64,000 nt of DNA from contig CAXXLF010000001.1 in the NCBI GenBank assembly GCA_963664015.2, positions 448,001 to 512,000 of the forward strand, written 5' to 3'. This document shows positions 29,670 through 38,971 of this stretch, piece by piece (position 1 is the first letter of the stretch; each line of letters begins with the position of its first letter). Below the pieces are notes generated by a model. That model made no database searches. It saw nothing but the letters and a program-made list of their open reading frames with translations, and was not told the origin of the DNA. The position numbers were made by a program, and so were the translations under genes. Source of the stretch: Candidatus Binatia bacterium (GTDB lineage Bacteria; Desulfobacterota; Binatia; UBA9968; CAXXLF01).

Positions 29670-30725
29670 ATGCTTGTCCGGGGAGACTGGGGCCCTGATT
29701 TCGTCCTGCCACGACAAGACGGAAGGTCAATGCGCTTTTACGGCTGGGCCGGCGGAGCGCCTACTGTTCTTCTCTTCATAGGGACGATTGAGAGTAACGA
29801 GATGCGGGACACACTCGTATCGTTTTCGAAAGAGCTGAATAATCGACGGCAAGAGAACATATCGCTCTTTGCCGTGAACCGGGATGCTCCCGCCAACAAC
29901 AAGAGGGTTGCAGATGAATTGGGGATCTCCCTTCCGATACTTTCAGATAGTGAAGGTTCGGTAGGTTTGTCTTATGGGATAGATCCCAATGAGAGGATGA
30001 TCGTTATCGTCCTTGGCCCCAACCTTAGGGTCATTGAGGCGCATCGGTTATCAGATCGAGAGTCTTCCGTAGAGAGGATCCTCAGCGCCATAAGAGGGCT
30101 TCCACGCCTCGAGCCCACAGAGATTGTTATGCAGGCACCGGTTCTCTTGGTACCGGAAGTACTCGAAATGGAAGTCTGCCAGCATCTGATCGAAGTTTGG
30201 CAGACCCAGGGAAATGTGGAAACAGGGGTGGAGCACTCGAGTGAAGGGCAACGTGGGGATGCTATTATTCCCGGGGCAAAGCATCGGCGAGATCACGTAG
30301 TGAACAATGAAGCACTCCTCCGAGAGCTCACGTCTCGAGTCGGACGTCGGCTTATCCCGGAGATTCGCAAGGCATTCTCCTTCAGCGCCACGCGCTTTGA
30401 AGGATTCAAAATTGCTTGCTACGACGCCTTGATAGGCGGATTTTTCAGTGCTCACCGCGACAACTTAAGTCCGGCAACGGCCCACCGTCGCTTTGCCCTC
30501 ACTTTGAATCTCAATGAGGGATATGAAGGTGGATATCTCCGGTTTCCCGAATACGGCCCCCATCTTTATCGCCCGGGAACTGGGGGTGCCATTGTATTCT
30601 CTGCCTCCCTTTTGCATGAGGTCCTCGAAGTAACGACGGGCGAACGTTTTGTCCTTCTCTCCTTTTTGTATGGGGAAGAAAAAGCCCGGATCTCTCGCCC
30701 CGTGCCGAAATCAGGCGAGGGGTAA
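29670..30725 (+). CDS. Redoxin-like domain fused to a 2OG-Fe(II) oxygenase
   Basis: PDF.LP AhpC-like N-terminus; HRD, LLHEV and R facial-triad motifs in the C-terminal domain. Confidence 0.85.
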   Translation: MLVRGDWGPDFVLPRQDGRSMRFYGWAGGAPTVLLFIGTIESNEMRDTLVSFSKELNNRRQENISLFAVNRDAPANNKRVADELGISLPILSDSEGSVGLSYGIDPNERMIVIVLGPNLRVIEAHRLSDRESSVERILSAIRGLPRLEPTEIVMQAPVLLVPEVLEMEVCQHLIEVWQTQGNVETGVEHSSEGQRGDAIIPGAKHRRDHVVNNEALLRELTSRVGRRLIPEIRKAFSFSATRFEGFKIACYDALIGGFFSAHRDNLSPATAHRRFALTLNLNEGYEGGYLRFPEYGPHLYRPGTGGAIVFSASLLHEVLEVTTGERFVLLSFLYGEEKARISRPVPKSGEG

Positions 30726-31009
30726 ACAAAAGCAGGCCAAATTGCTCGACTCAAACACAATGAAAGCGTCGTTTAATTGAATGTTGGAGTGGTCAACTAC
30801 CTTTTCCCCCTAAGATATTGCTACCTTGATCATCAATAGTTCATAGCGTCCCCAATCTTTGAGTAGGCTTCTGTTATTAAATGAGAACATTGGTTATAGT
30901 GATCTGTTGTTGGACCGTGGTGGCAAGCCAAGTTCCATGGAGTTCACCTGCGAGGTTGAGGTATTGCCAGTATCTGATATAGACTGGATTCAGGTCAGGA
31001 GGGCCATAC

Positions 31010-31255
31010 ATGAGCGAAGCGCCAAAAAGTGACAAGCCAAAGGTCACCATCATTACCAGCAAAGGAGCCAGCCAGGCCATCAACTATCTGCTCGAAGACC
31101 GTGACGAGCTGGAGTGGCTTGTAGCCATTGGCCGTAACCGAAACGGTGACATTTTCTTCTACGACACGGGTGGCGACATCGTCCAGGACCTCGGAGCACT
31201 GGAATATATGAAGGATCGAATCCTGCGGGACTACTTCGGCGATAATGGCGATTAA
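31010..31255 (+). CDS. Small hypothetical protein
   Basis: AGGAGG RBS, 81 aa acidic ORF. Confidence 0.6.
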   Translation: MSEAPKSDKPKVTIITSKGASQAINYLLEDRDELEWLVAIGRNRNGDIFFYDTGGDIVQDLGALEYMKDRILRDYFGDNGD

Positions 31256-31524
31256 CGTGTTTCACCGAAGAGCCCTTTGAGTTTTCCACAGCCCAGATTC
31301 AATCTTAATTAAATATACGACAGCGCTTGTCAGGCTTACTTCCTGATCGTCTGTGAGTTTACCGAATCTTCTGGCAAAACCTTTCAATATTTTCGTAGAC
31401 GGCAGCCCTAAATTTTTTTATTTATGATTCATGTTGTGGTTGACAAGGCTTTCCATGTCGGGCTAGTATTTCTACTTTCAACAATCCAACCGGAAACTTA
31501 GACGCAATAAACAAGGAGGCCATT

Positions 31525-31958
31525 ATGTTTGCAGACAAGAAGCAGAACGGCACAGGACCAGGGAGTCCTCTTCTCACGGTCTTGGGTGACTCCGCCCGTC
31601 TCGAAGGTAAGTTCACCATAGGAAACTCCATAACGATCGAGTGTGAGGTGGCAGGAGAGATCAATGTAGAGGGTCGATTGGTGATCGCCGAGAAGGGAAT
31701 CGTCCGGGCCGATGTCACCACGGCCGATGCCCTGATCGAGGGACAGTATGAAGGAAGCATGGTGCCACTGGAAACGTTGAGATCACCTCGTCGGGCCGTG
31801 TTTCAGGTAATATAGCGACCGACTCCCTAGTGATCTCCAAAGGCGGTTTTTTCAACGGCAACGTCTCGAAGATGTTACACGGGACCGAGATCGTGCCCGA
31901 ACATCGTACCGGCCCATCGCTGGTGGAGCCGACTCCCGCTGCAAAAAAACCCGCATAA
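31525..31958 (+). pseudogene. Bactofilin (polymer-forming cytoskeletal protein), 1-nt deletion near 31765
   Basis: Beta-helix repeats continue in the shifted frame (ATGNVEITSSGRVSGNIATDSLVISKGGFFNG...) to TAA at 31956-31958. Confidence 0.8.
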
Positions 31959-31993
31959 GCGGAACAGTTTTCAAGACTTAGGAGGAAAACGTC

Positions 31994-32377
31994 ATGTGGC
32001 GTTGGAGTGGGAACAACCCAACCCCTGACCAGGCCGGAACATCGGTGATCGATCAGGGATGTGAGATTGATGGCCGTTTTGTGTTCACGGGGACTCTGGT
32101 CCTTAATGGAAAGTTTCACGGCCAAGTGATTTCGTCGGATACACTCATCGTTGGAGAAGGTGGAGATCTGGAGGCGGATATCGATGTGGGTGTCATCATC
32201 GTGAGCGGCAAGATCCGAGGTCACGTAATCGCTCGGGAGCGGGTTGAGTTACGCAGGTCGGCATCCATGTATGGAGACATTGTAACCCCTGTCCTAGTGC
32301 TGGAAGAGGGCGTCATATTTGACGGCCACTGCAAGATGAAGGGAGGCGACCTAGAGGTCGTCAACGAGAGATCTTAA
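31994..32377 (+). CDS. Bactofilin
   Basis: I..G....G...F.G...L.G.F.G ... GDI.TP.L.LEEG..FDG.C. Confidence 0.92.
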   Translation: MWRWSGNNPTPDQAGTSVIDQGCEIDGRFVFTGTLVLNGKFHGQVISSDTLIVGEGGDLEADIDVGVIIVSGKIRGHVIARERVELRRSASMYGDIVTPVLVLEEGVIFDGHCKMKGGDLEVVNERS

Positions 32378-32403
32378 ACTCCCCTTTCGCACTCGCTACA
32401 CCT

Positions 32404-33276
32404 ATGAACAAGAGCTACTCGATCCTGATCCATCCTAAAAACGAAACAAAGGTAAGGCGCTTCGGGGTATCCCACCTGGCCATCCGCGCCGTCGTTTCCA
32501 CGGTCGTTGTCCTTGCAGCCATTGCCACCTGGATATTCGGGGACTACGTCTGGATGAAAGTTCAGAACCGCAAGCACAATAACGTCGAAGCCCGGCTCAC
32601 CGCCGAGGTCCAAACCCTCAAGACGAAGCACCACGAAGAAGTCATTCTGCTGAGGAACCATGTCCAAACGCAGCAGAACAAGCTTCTAACCATTCAACAA
32701 CAAATCAATGCGAGTCAGCAGCTCCTGGCCGATTGGAAGGACCTACGCACAAAGATCAAGGCCTCAATGCCCCGCCAGCGAAGGGCCTCATTAGAGGGCC
32801 AGCATGTGGTGGAAACCCTGAAAAAGAGCCTGGTCTCCCTTCAAGGCGAACTTGAGAATCTGATCGCCTCGATCCCCTCCGAGTGGCCGACCAAGGGTTG
32901 GCTGAGCTCGAATTTCGGTATGCGCGAATCACCCTGGACCAAGAAAAGAGAGTTTCATTCGGGCATCGACATTGCCAATCGCACCGGTACATCGGTCCAG
33001 GCCCCAGGGGCCGCGGTGGTGCATAGGGTCGGGCATAGCGGTGCCAACGGCAAACATATCATCCTGGACCACGGCCAGGGGATCACGACCCATTACGGCC
33101 ATCTCTCGAAAATCAAGGTTAAAAAAGGCGAACGAGTCGACAAGAAGCAGACCATCGGCAACATTGGCAGCACAGGAAGAAGCACCAATCCGCATCTTCA
33201 CTATGAGGTGCATATCAACGGCATCCCGATCAACCCCCGAAGAAAGCTACTTAACGGCAATCCGCCGATGTCCTAG
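32404..33276 (+). CDS. M23 family metallopeptidase with TM helix and coiled coil
   Basis: HSGIDIA, YGHL, GSTGRST.PHLHYEV. Confidence 0.93.
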   Translation: MNKSYSILIHPKNETKVRRFGVSHLAIRAVVSTVVVLAAIATWIFGDYVWMKVQNRKHNNVEARLTAEVQTLKTKHHEEVILLRNHVQTQQNKLLTIQQQINASQQLLADWKDLRTKIKASMPRQRRASLEGQHVVETLKKSLVSLQGELENLIASIPSEWPTKGWLSSNFGMRESPWTKKREFHSGIDIANRTGTSVQAPGAAVVHRVGHSGANGKHIILDHGQGITTHYGHLSKIKVKKGERVDKKQTIGNIGSTGRSTNPHLHYEVHINGIPINPRRKLLNGNPPMS

Positions 33277-33386
33277 CCCGCCACCATCCGACGACCCGCG
33301 CTAACGTGCGTACGCTTTAAGTGTTCCCAAGGAAAACTAACCTTGACATAGGGGTAGGTGCGTTATAGAGTTCAAGCAAATCAGGT

Positions 33387-33917
33387 ATGAATTCCAGCTT
33401 TGTTGAAAAGATGATTCGGGCGGCCAGGTTGGACGTCCACCTTTACGAGGAAATCGAAGCCGATGAAAAGGCCAATACCCATGCATTGGCAGTCGTCATC
33501 CTTGCTGCAATCGCCGCCGGTGTCGGGACCAAAGGTGGCGGGCTGGTCGGTATTCTTATCGGTAGCCTGGTTGCCCTCATCGGCTGGTACGTCTGGGCGT
33601 ATCTCACGTTCTGGATCGGCACCAGAATTCTACCCGAGCCCGAGACCCATGCCAGCCACGGCGAGCTGCTGCGTACCATTGGATTTGCAGCGTCACCCGG
33701 CCTGATTCGCGTCTTCGGTGTCATCCCGCCGCTACGCGATGTCATTTTTGCCATCGCGGGGATCTGGATGTTGGTGGCCATGGTCGTCGCAGTGCGTTCG
33801 GCCCTGGATTACAAGAGCACGGGAAGAACGGTCGGAGTATGTATCATCGGATGGATTATACAAATCATTTTATTCGCCCTGCTTCTCACCGTTTTGGGGT
33901 TAGGAAAAGCGACTTGA
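33387..33917 (+). CDS. YIP1-family membrane protein
   Basis: YEEIEAD, LLRTIGFA.SPG, AVR.ALDY.STGR; about 5 TMs. Confidence 0.75.
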   Translation: MNSSFVEKMIRAARLDVHLYEEIEADEKANTHALAVVILAAIAAGVGTKGGGLVGILIGSLVALIGWYVWAYLTFWIGTRILPEPETHASHGELLRTIGFAASPGLIRVFGVIPPLRDVIFAIAGIWMLVAMVVAVRSALDYKSTGRTVGVCIIGWIIQIILFALLLTVLGLGKAT

Positions 33918-33994
33918 GTCTTTTTAAAAATAGCATAGGCACAAAAGTACCCACGAAAACTTTTCTAAGGTCTAAGAAAAATAGGGGATTCTAA

Positions 33995-35008
33995 ATGGCA
34001 CAAGGTCGAAACGAATGGGAGGAGCTCCTCTCGCGCTTACCCAAGCTTTCCAAGCTCCTGAGTGCGGGTATTCCGACTGTCGTCCTAATCGTCATTATAG
34101 GTATCTGGGCTGCAAGCGGTATCTATGTCGTCGGACCGGGCGAACAGGGGGTGGTCCGCCAGTTCGGCAAGGTCACCGAGAAAACATCCGCGGGACTGAA
34201 CTACAATATCCCATGGCCTATCCAACAACGGGACGTCGTCAACATAGCACGGATCCAGCGTCTGGAGATCGGCTTTCGTACCAACCCAAGAAGAGCCGGC
34301 AGTATCCGGCCCGTCCCTCAGGAATCGTTAATGCTCACGGGAGACGAGAACATCGTGGACGCCCAGATGATCGTCCAGTTCCGAATCAAGGACCCGGTGC
34401 AATACCTCTTCCGGCTTCGCGATCCCGTCGGGACCCTCCGCGCCGCCACCGAGGTAGCGCTTAGGAGCCGTGTGGGAAACACGACTGTTGACCAAGTCCT
34501 GACCGTGGGCAGGGCCAAGGTTCAGGACGAGACCCGAGAGTTCCTCCAGCAGCTCATGGACACATACGAGTCCGGCTTGCTTATCACTGCGGTCAAGCTT
34601 CAAACCGTGGACGCCCCGAATCAGGTGAAGGATGCCTTTAATGAGGTTGTTCGTGCTCGTGAAGACAAGGAGAAGCTGGTTCGACAGGCCGAAGGATACC
34701 AAGAGGACTTAATTCCCAAGGCTCGTGGTGAGGCCCAGAAGATCATTCGAGCGGCGGAGGCCTATAAGGAAGAAAGGATCCTGAGGGCCAAGGGGGACGC
34801 GGCACGGTTCAACTCTGTCCTGACCGAATACCGCAAGGCACCGGGAGTCACCAGGGAACGGCTCCATCTCGAAATCGTGGAGCGTGTACTCGTGGACGTT
34901 GACAAGGTTATCCTCAGCAAGAACGGGGGCGGTGTGCTCCCTTTCCTGCCCCTCAAGGACCTGAATTTTAAATCCGGCACCACCACAGGAAAGGCGCAGG
35001 GGAGTTAA
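33995..35008 (+). CDS. hflK: FtsH modulator HflK
   Basis: SPFH domain, MLTGDENIV, EY.KAP.VTRERL. Confidence 0.95.
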   Translation: MAQGRNEWEELLSRLPKLSKLLSAGIPTVVLIVIIGIWAASGIYVVGPGEQGVVRQFGKVTEKTSAGLNYNIPWPIQQRDVVNIARIQRLEIGFRTNPRRAGSIRPVPQESLMLTGDENIVDAQMIVQFRIKDPVQYLFRLRDPVGTLRAATEVALRSRVGNTTVDQVLTVGRAKVQDETREFLQQLMDTYESGLLITAVKLQTVDAPNQVKDAFNEVVRAREDKEKLVRQAEGYQEDLIPKARGEAQKIIRAAEAYKEERILRAKGDAARFNSVLTEYRKAPGVTRERLHLEIVERVLVDVDKVILSKNGGGVLPFLPLKDLNFKSGTTTGKAQGS

Positions 35009-35010
35009 TT

Positions 35011-35883
35011 ATGATCGGAAAAATCTTTTCCAGCATTGGCGTGCTTCTAGTCGTCGCCCTCATGATTCTTGGAAGCCAAACATTCTTTATTGTGGGCGAA
35101 TGGGAACAGGCTTTGGTTCTGCAGCTCGGAAAATTCAAGTACGCAATTCAGAAGCCCGGGCTCAACTGGAAGTACCCGTTTCTGCAGCAGTCTATTATAT
35201 TCGAGGGGCGTATCCTCGCCAGCGATGCCGAGCCTGCAGAGTACTTGACGAAGGACAAGAAGCGCGTTGTCGTAGACCACGTGACCCGATGGAGGATCAA
35301 AGATCCGCTACAGTTCTACAAGACGGTCCGGGACGAGTCTGGGGCACGCGCTCGTTTAGACGAAATCGTCTTCTCCGAGTTAAGGGGCGAGCTGGCCAGC
35401 CGGGAATTTGCCGCTATCATCGCCGCGGAACGTGAGCCCGCCATGGAGGCCGTAGCTACAAGGGCGGCCGCGAAGGCCGAAGAATTCGGGATCGACGTTG
35501 TGGATGTCAGGGTCAAGCGGGCCGACCTGCCCCGCGAGGTTCAGGAGAGTGTGTACTCGCGTATGCGCGCCGAGCGTGAACGTATCTCCAAGCGCTACCG
35601 CTCAGAGGGCGAGGAGGAGGCGGCCAAGATCCGCGCCGACACGGACAAGGATAAGACGATTATCCTGGCCAAGGCCTACGAGGAAAGCCAGCGGCGAAGA
35701 GGCGAAGGAGACGCCCAGGCCACAACCATCTACGGCTCGGCCTACGGGCAGGACCCCGAGTTCTACAGCTTCGTGCGCAGTCTCGATGCCTACGACAAGT
35801 TCTTAGGGAAAAAAAGCACCGTGCTGCTCTCCGAGGACTCGCCCCTGCTGAAGTACCTGGCGGATTCGCGGAAACCTAAATAG
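35011..35883 (+). CDS. hflC: FtsH modulator HflC
   Basis: T.DKK, RM.AER, RSEG.E.A, DPEFY.F.RSL.AY. Confidence 0.95.
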   Translation: MIGKIFSSIGVLLVVALMILGSQTFFIVGEWEQALVLQLGKFKYAIQKPGLNWKYPFLQQSIIFEGRILASDAEPAEYLTKDKKRVVVDHVTRWRIKDPLQFYKTVRDESGARARLDEIVFSELRGELASREFAAIIAAEREPAMEAVATRAAAKAEEFGIDVVDVRVKRADLPREVQESVYSRMRAERERISKRYRSEGEEEAAKIRADTDKDKTIILAKAYEESQRRRGEGDAQATTIYGSAYGQDPEFYSFVRSLDAYDKFLGKKSTVLLSEDSPLLKYLADSRKPK

Positions 35884-36029
35884 TACAACCGTCTACTCGC
35901 CTAGCCAACGAACTTGCGAACTTGGCCCGTGCCCCCTGTCAGACCACCGCTCGTGGATGACACACGCCTTCGAAACAAGGCAATCGTCCAACGTATAATC
36001 ACCACACTACCGTTGCATGGGGATCAACC

Positions 36030-36983
36030 ATGACAACACTCATTACCGGTATCGGACTCGTAGGGACCTCAGTTGCGCAAGCGGTACTGAAGCGTGGTGA
36101 ACGATTGGTGTTTCTCGACTTTCAGCCGCGCGGGGATTTTGTGAAGCGCAAACTCGGCAAGGCAAATGTCGTCGTCGTGCAGAACGACGTACGCGACCTG
36201 CCAGCCCTGATCCAGATCATGAAAGAGCATAGGGTAGACACGGTGGTCCACACAGCGGGTCTCATCGGGGGCCGGGTCACCGAGTCCCTATACACGGGCA
36301 TGCAGATCAATGTCATGGGAACCCTCAATGTAGCGGAGGCCGTGCGCCTGACGGGAGCAAAGCGCCTGGTCCATATCAGCACCCACGGGATTTATGACCG
36401 AAGACAGGAGCGGAACGCCCCGGTGACGGAGGATTTCCCCAGGGGAGGAGGTTCCGGTTACGGGAATTCGAAGGCGGCCAAGGAACTCATCCTGGAGGCT
36501 TATCAACGCCAATACGGTTTTGAACTCGTTGTATTGCGTCTCGCCGGTGTATACGGTCTGGGCCATTTCTGGTCTGGCTCCGGCGGAGGCAGAATGGTTC
36601 AGTCCCTCGTTCAAGGGGGCCTGACTGGAGAGGTCGTCCGATTATCCAAGGGCCAAACGCGGGACTTCGAATACGTCTACTCCAAAGACGTGGGTCGAGC
36701 CATCGATCTGGCCGCAACCGTCCCCGCGCCTTCCATGACTTTCTTCAATATCGGCTCCGGCGTCATAACCAAATTTGATGACCTCATCGCCACGGCGAAG
36801 GGTTTTCTTCCCAAACTCAAGGTCCAAGTTGCCCCCGGCAAGACACCGTCATCAGCCGGGCAACCCCTGGACCTGACCCTGGCAAAGCGGCACTTAGGTT
36901 GGCAGCCCCAATTCGACATGGAGGCCGGTCTCAAGGACTTGGCCCAGGAACTCCTATCCAGCGATGATGTTGAAATAAACTAA
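36030..36983 (+). CDS. NAD-dependent epimerase/dehydratase (extended SDR)
   Basis: ITG.GLVG, HTAG, YGNSK. Confidence 0.88.
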   Translation: MTTLITGIGLVGTSVAQAVLKRGERLVFLDFQPRGDFVKRKLGKANVVVVQNDVRDLPALIQIMKEHRVDTVVHTAGLIGGRVTESLYTGMQINVMGTLNVAEAVRLTGAKRLVHISTHGIYDRRQERNAPVTEDFPRGGGSGYGNSKAAKELILEAYQRQYGFELVVLRLAGVYGLGHFWSGSGGGRMVQSLVQGGLTGEVVRLSKGQTRDFEYVYSKDVGRAIDLAATVPAPSMTFFNIGSGVITKFDDLIATAKGFLPKLKVQVAPGKTPSSAGQPLDLTLAKRHLGWQPQFDMEAGLKDLAQELLSSDDVEIN

Positions 36984-37002
36984 GCCGACAGCAGGCGCGC
37001 GG

Positions 37003-37851
37003 TCAATCCACGACGTCGGCTTCGATTGAAAAGACGTCAACGGGATGGGGCAGCCAGTATCTCGCACCGTCATAGGTCGAGACCCGCTGCAAATACTCGA
37101 AGATCATGGCGCGCAGGTTGTCCGGCAACTGATCGGTCTCAGCCTGTACGATGAAATCTATGATACGGGCGCCTTCCTCGGAACCATCGACAAAGCAGGA
37201 GGTTACGTCCAGTTTGGCATCGATTCGATCCTTTTCGAATGGTATCTTTTGCTCCTCAATATGACCCTCGAGGTCTTCACTGAACCAGCTTCTACGGCCG
37301 CGCTCCAGGTTCCAAAATTTGTCGGCAAGCTGATTGAGTATTCCATTAGGTGCTAGAAAGATGACCAAGCGACCACCGTCCTTAAGAAGATTCAGTGCAG
37401 TATCGATGGTCTGGGCCGGTTCGTCCATATAATAGAGCGAATGGGTCATGTGGACCAGATCGAATCGTTCACGAAAAGGATGGTTCTCGAAATCAGCGGC
37501 ATGAACCCCGACTCGAACGCGCCCATTGACACGAGTCTCTAGCAGTTGGGTGAACCGTTCGCATTGATGCGGATTCGGATCGATACCCACGTATGAAACC
37601 TCACGGACGGTGGAACTGATCGAACCGAGAAACTGGTTATCGAATACCCCGCTGCCGGATCCCACACTGAGAACCGCCGCGCAATCCATGGGCAGAGACG
37701 AAACGAGATTTTCCCTGAGCCACGCCAGCATGCTCATACGCTGATTACTGGCAGCCTCATAGGTCTCGGCACACTCCGCATAGCGGTTTCCCTCAAGAGA
37801 CGGGACTTCATCGAGTCTGGATAACTCAAGCTGCAGGTCGGAAATATTCAT
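37003..37851 (-). CDS. Class I SAM-dependent methyltransferase (histamine N-methyltransferase-like)
   Basis: LSVGSGSG motif I, GIDPN, FDLVHMTHSLYY. Confidence 0.8.
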   Translation of the reverse strand: MNISDLQLELSRLDEVPSLEGNRYAECAETYEAASNQRMSMLAWLRENLVSSLPMDCAAVLSVGSGSGVFDNQFLGSISSTVREVSYVGIDPNPHQCERFTQLLETRVNGRVRVGVHAADFENHPFRERFDLVHMTHSLYYMDEPAQTIDTALNLLKDGGRLVIFLAPNGILNQLADKFWNLERGRRSWFSEDLEGHIEEQKIPFEKDRIDAKLDVTSCFVDGSEEGARIIDFIVQAETDQLPDNLRAMIFEYLQRVSTYDGARYWLPHPVDVFSIEADVVD

Positions 37852-38221
37852 TATGCTTCTTTTTAGTTTAAGGGTAGGTGAAAGATAGGAAACGGCAATG
37901 TGGGACAAGAATCCAGAGAACCGGCGGCTCTTACAAAATCTGTGTCAAATCACCAAATCGTTTACGGAACCTACACCCTGTGAGCCTCTCTCCTTAAGAG
38001 TCTCCATCCTCGGAAAAACCCATGCCATGCCCCTGATTGTAATACGGTATGGCATGGACTTCTTGGGGTCCTGTAAAGGAATAGTTTATTACCCGAATAC
38101 GGAAGAAATGTCTAGGATTGAATTGGAAAACCACCTTTGGTTGACACAAACACCCCCTTTCATTCATAGTTTAAACTCGACGACTTATGTGAGAGGCATC
38201 TAATCCAATACAGAAGAACCC

Positions 38222-38971
38222 ATGTTCAATCTTAGCGATATTTCAAAACGTTTTGGGAACGTCGCGGCGCTGGACGGCTTCAACCTGTCACTGGAAGCGG
38301 GGCGGACTACCGTCCTGATCGGGCCCTCCGGTTGTGGTAAGTCCACTATCCTGAGACTCATGATCGGGCTTCAGACCCCCGATTCGGGCCAGATTCGCTT
38401 TGCCGGCGAGCTCTTGGACCCCGAACATATCATGGCCCTGCGACGACGTATGGGCTATGTGATTCAAGACGGGGGCCTGTTCCCCCACCTCTCCGCGCGT
38501 GAAAATATCGCATTGATGGCTCGTTACCTGGGCTGGCCGGTTACTCGCATAGAAGACCGGCTCCGGGAGCTGGCCGACCTCACCCACTTTCCCATGGATG
38601 GATTGGATCGATTCCCCATTCAGCTATCGGGGGGACAACAACAACGGGTAGGCTTGATGCGCGCCTTGATGCTCGACCCGGAGGTGCTGCTGCTCGACGA
38701 ACCGTTGGGCGCCCTTGATCCAATGATTCGATTCGAGCTGCAGGAAGACTTGAAAAGTGTTTTTACAACTCTCGGGAAGACGGTGGTCATGGTAACCCAC
38801 GACTTAGGGGAAGCGGCCTTCTTCGGCGACACCATCATCCTCATGCGGGCCGGTCGCATTGTCCAGCAGGGTACACTGGAGGCCATGCTACGAGCCCCAG
38901 CCGAGAACTTCGTGCGTAACTTCACAAAGGCTCAACGATCCCATTTGAGTCCCGAGGTTACCGAGCAGTGA
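38222..38971 (+). CDS. Osmoprotectant-type ABC ATPase (OpuA/OsmV-like)
   Basis: GPSGCGKST, GYVIQ.GGLFPH, LSGGQQQRVG, DEP.GALDP. Confidence 0.92.
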   Translation: MFNLSDISKRFGNVAALDGFNLSLEAGRTTVLIGPSGCGKSTILRLMIGLQTPDSGQIRFAGELLDPEHIMALRRRMGYVIQDGGLFPHLSARENIALMARYLGWPVTRIEDRLRELADLTHFPMDGLDRFPIQLSGGQQQRVGLMRALMLDPEVLLLDEPLGALDPMIRFELQEDLKSVFTTLGKTVVMVTHDLGEAAFFGDTIILMRAGRIVQQGTLEAMLRAPAENFVRNFTKAQRSHLSPEVTEQ

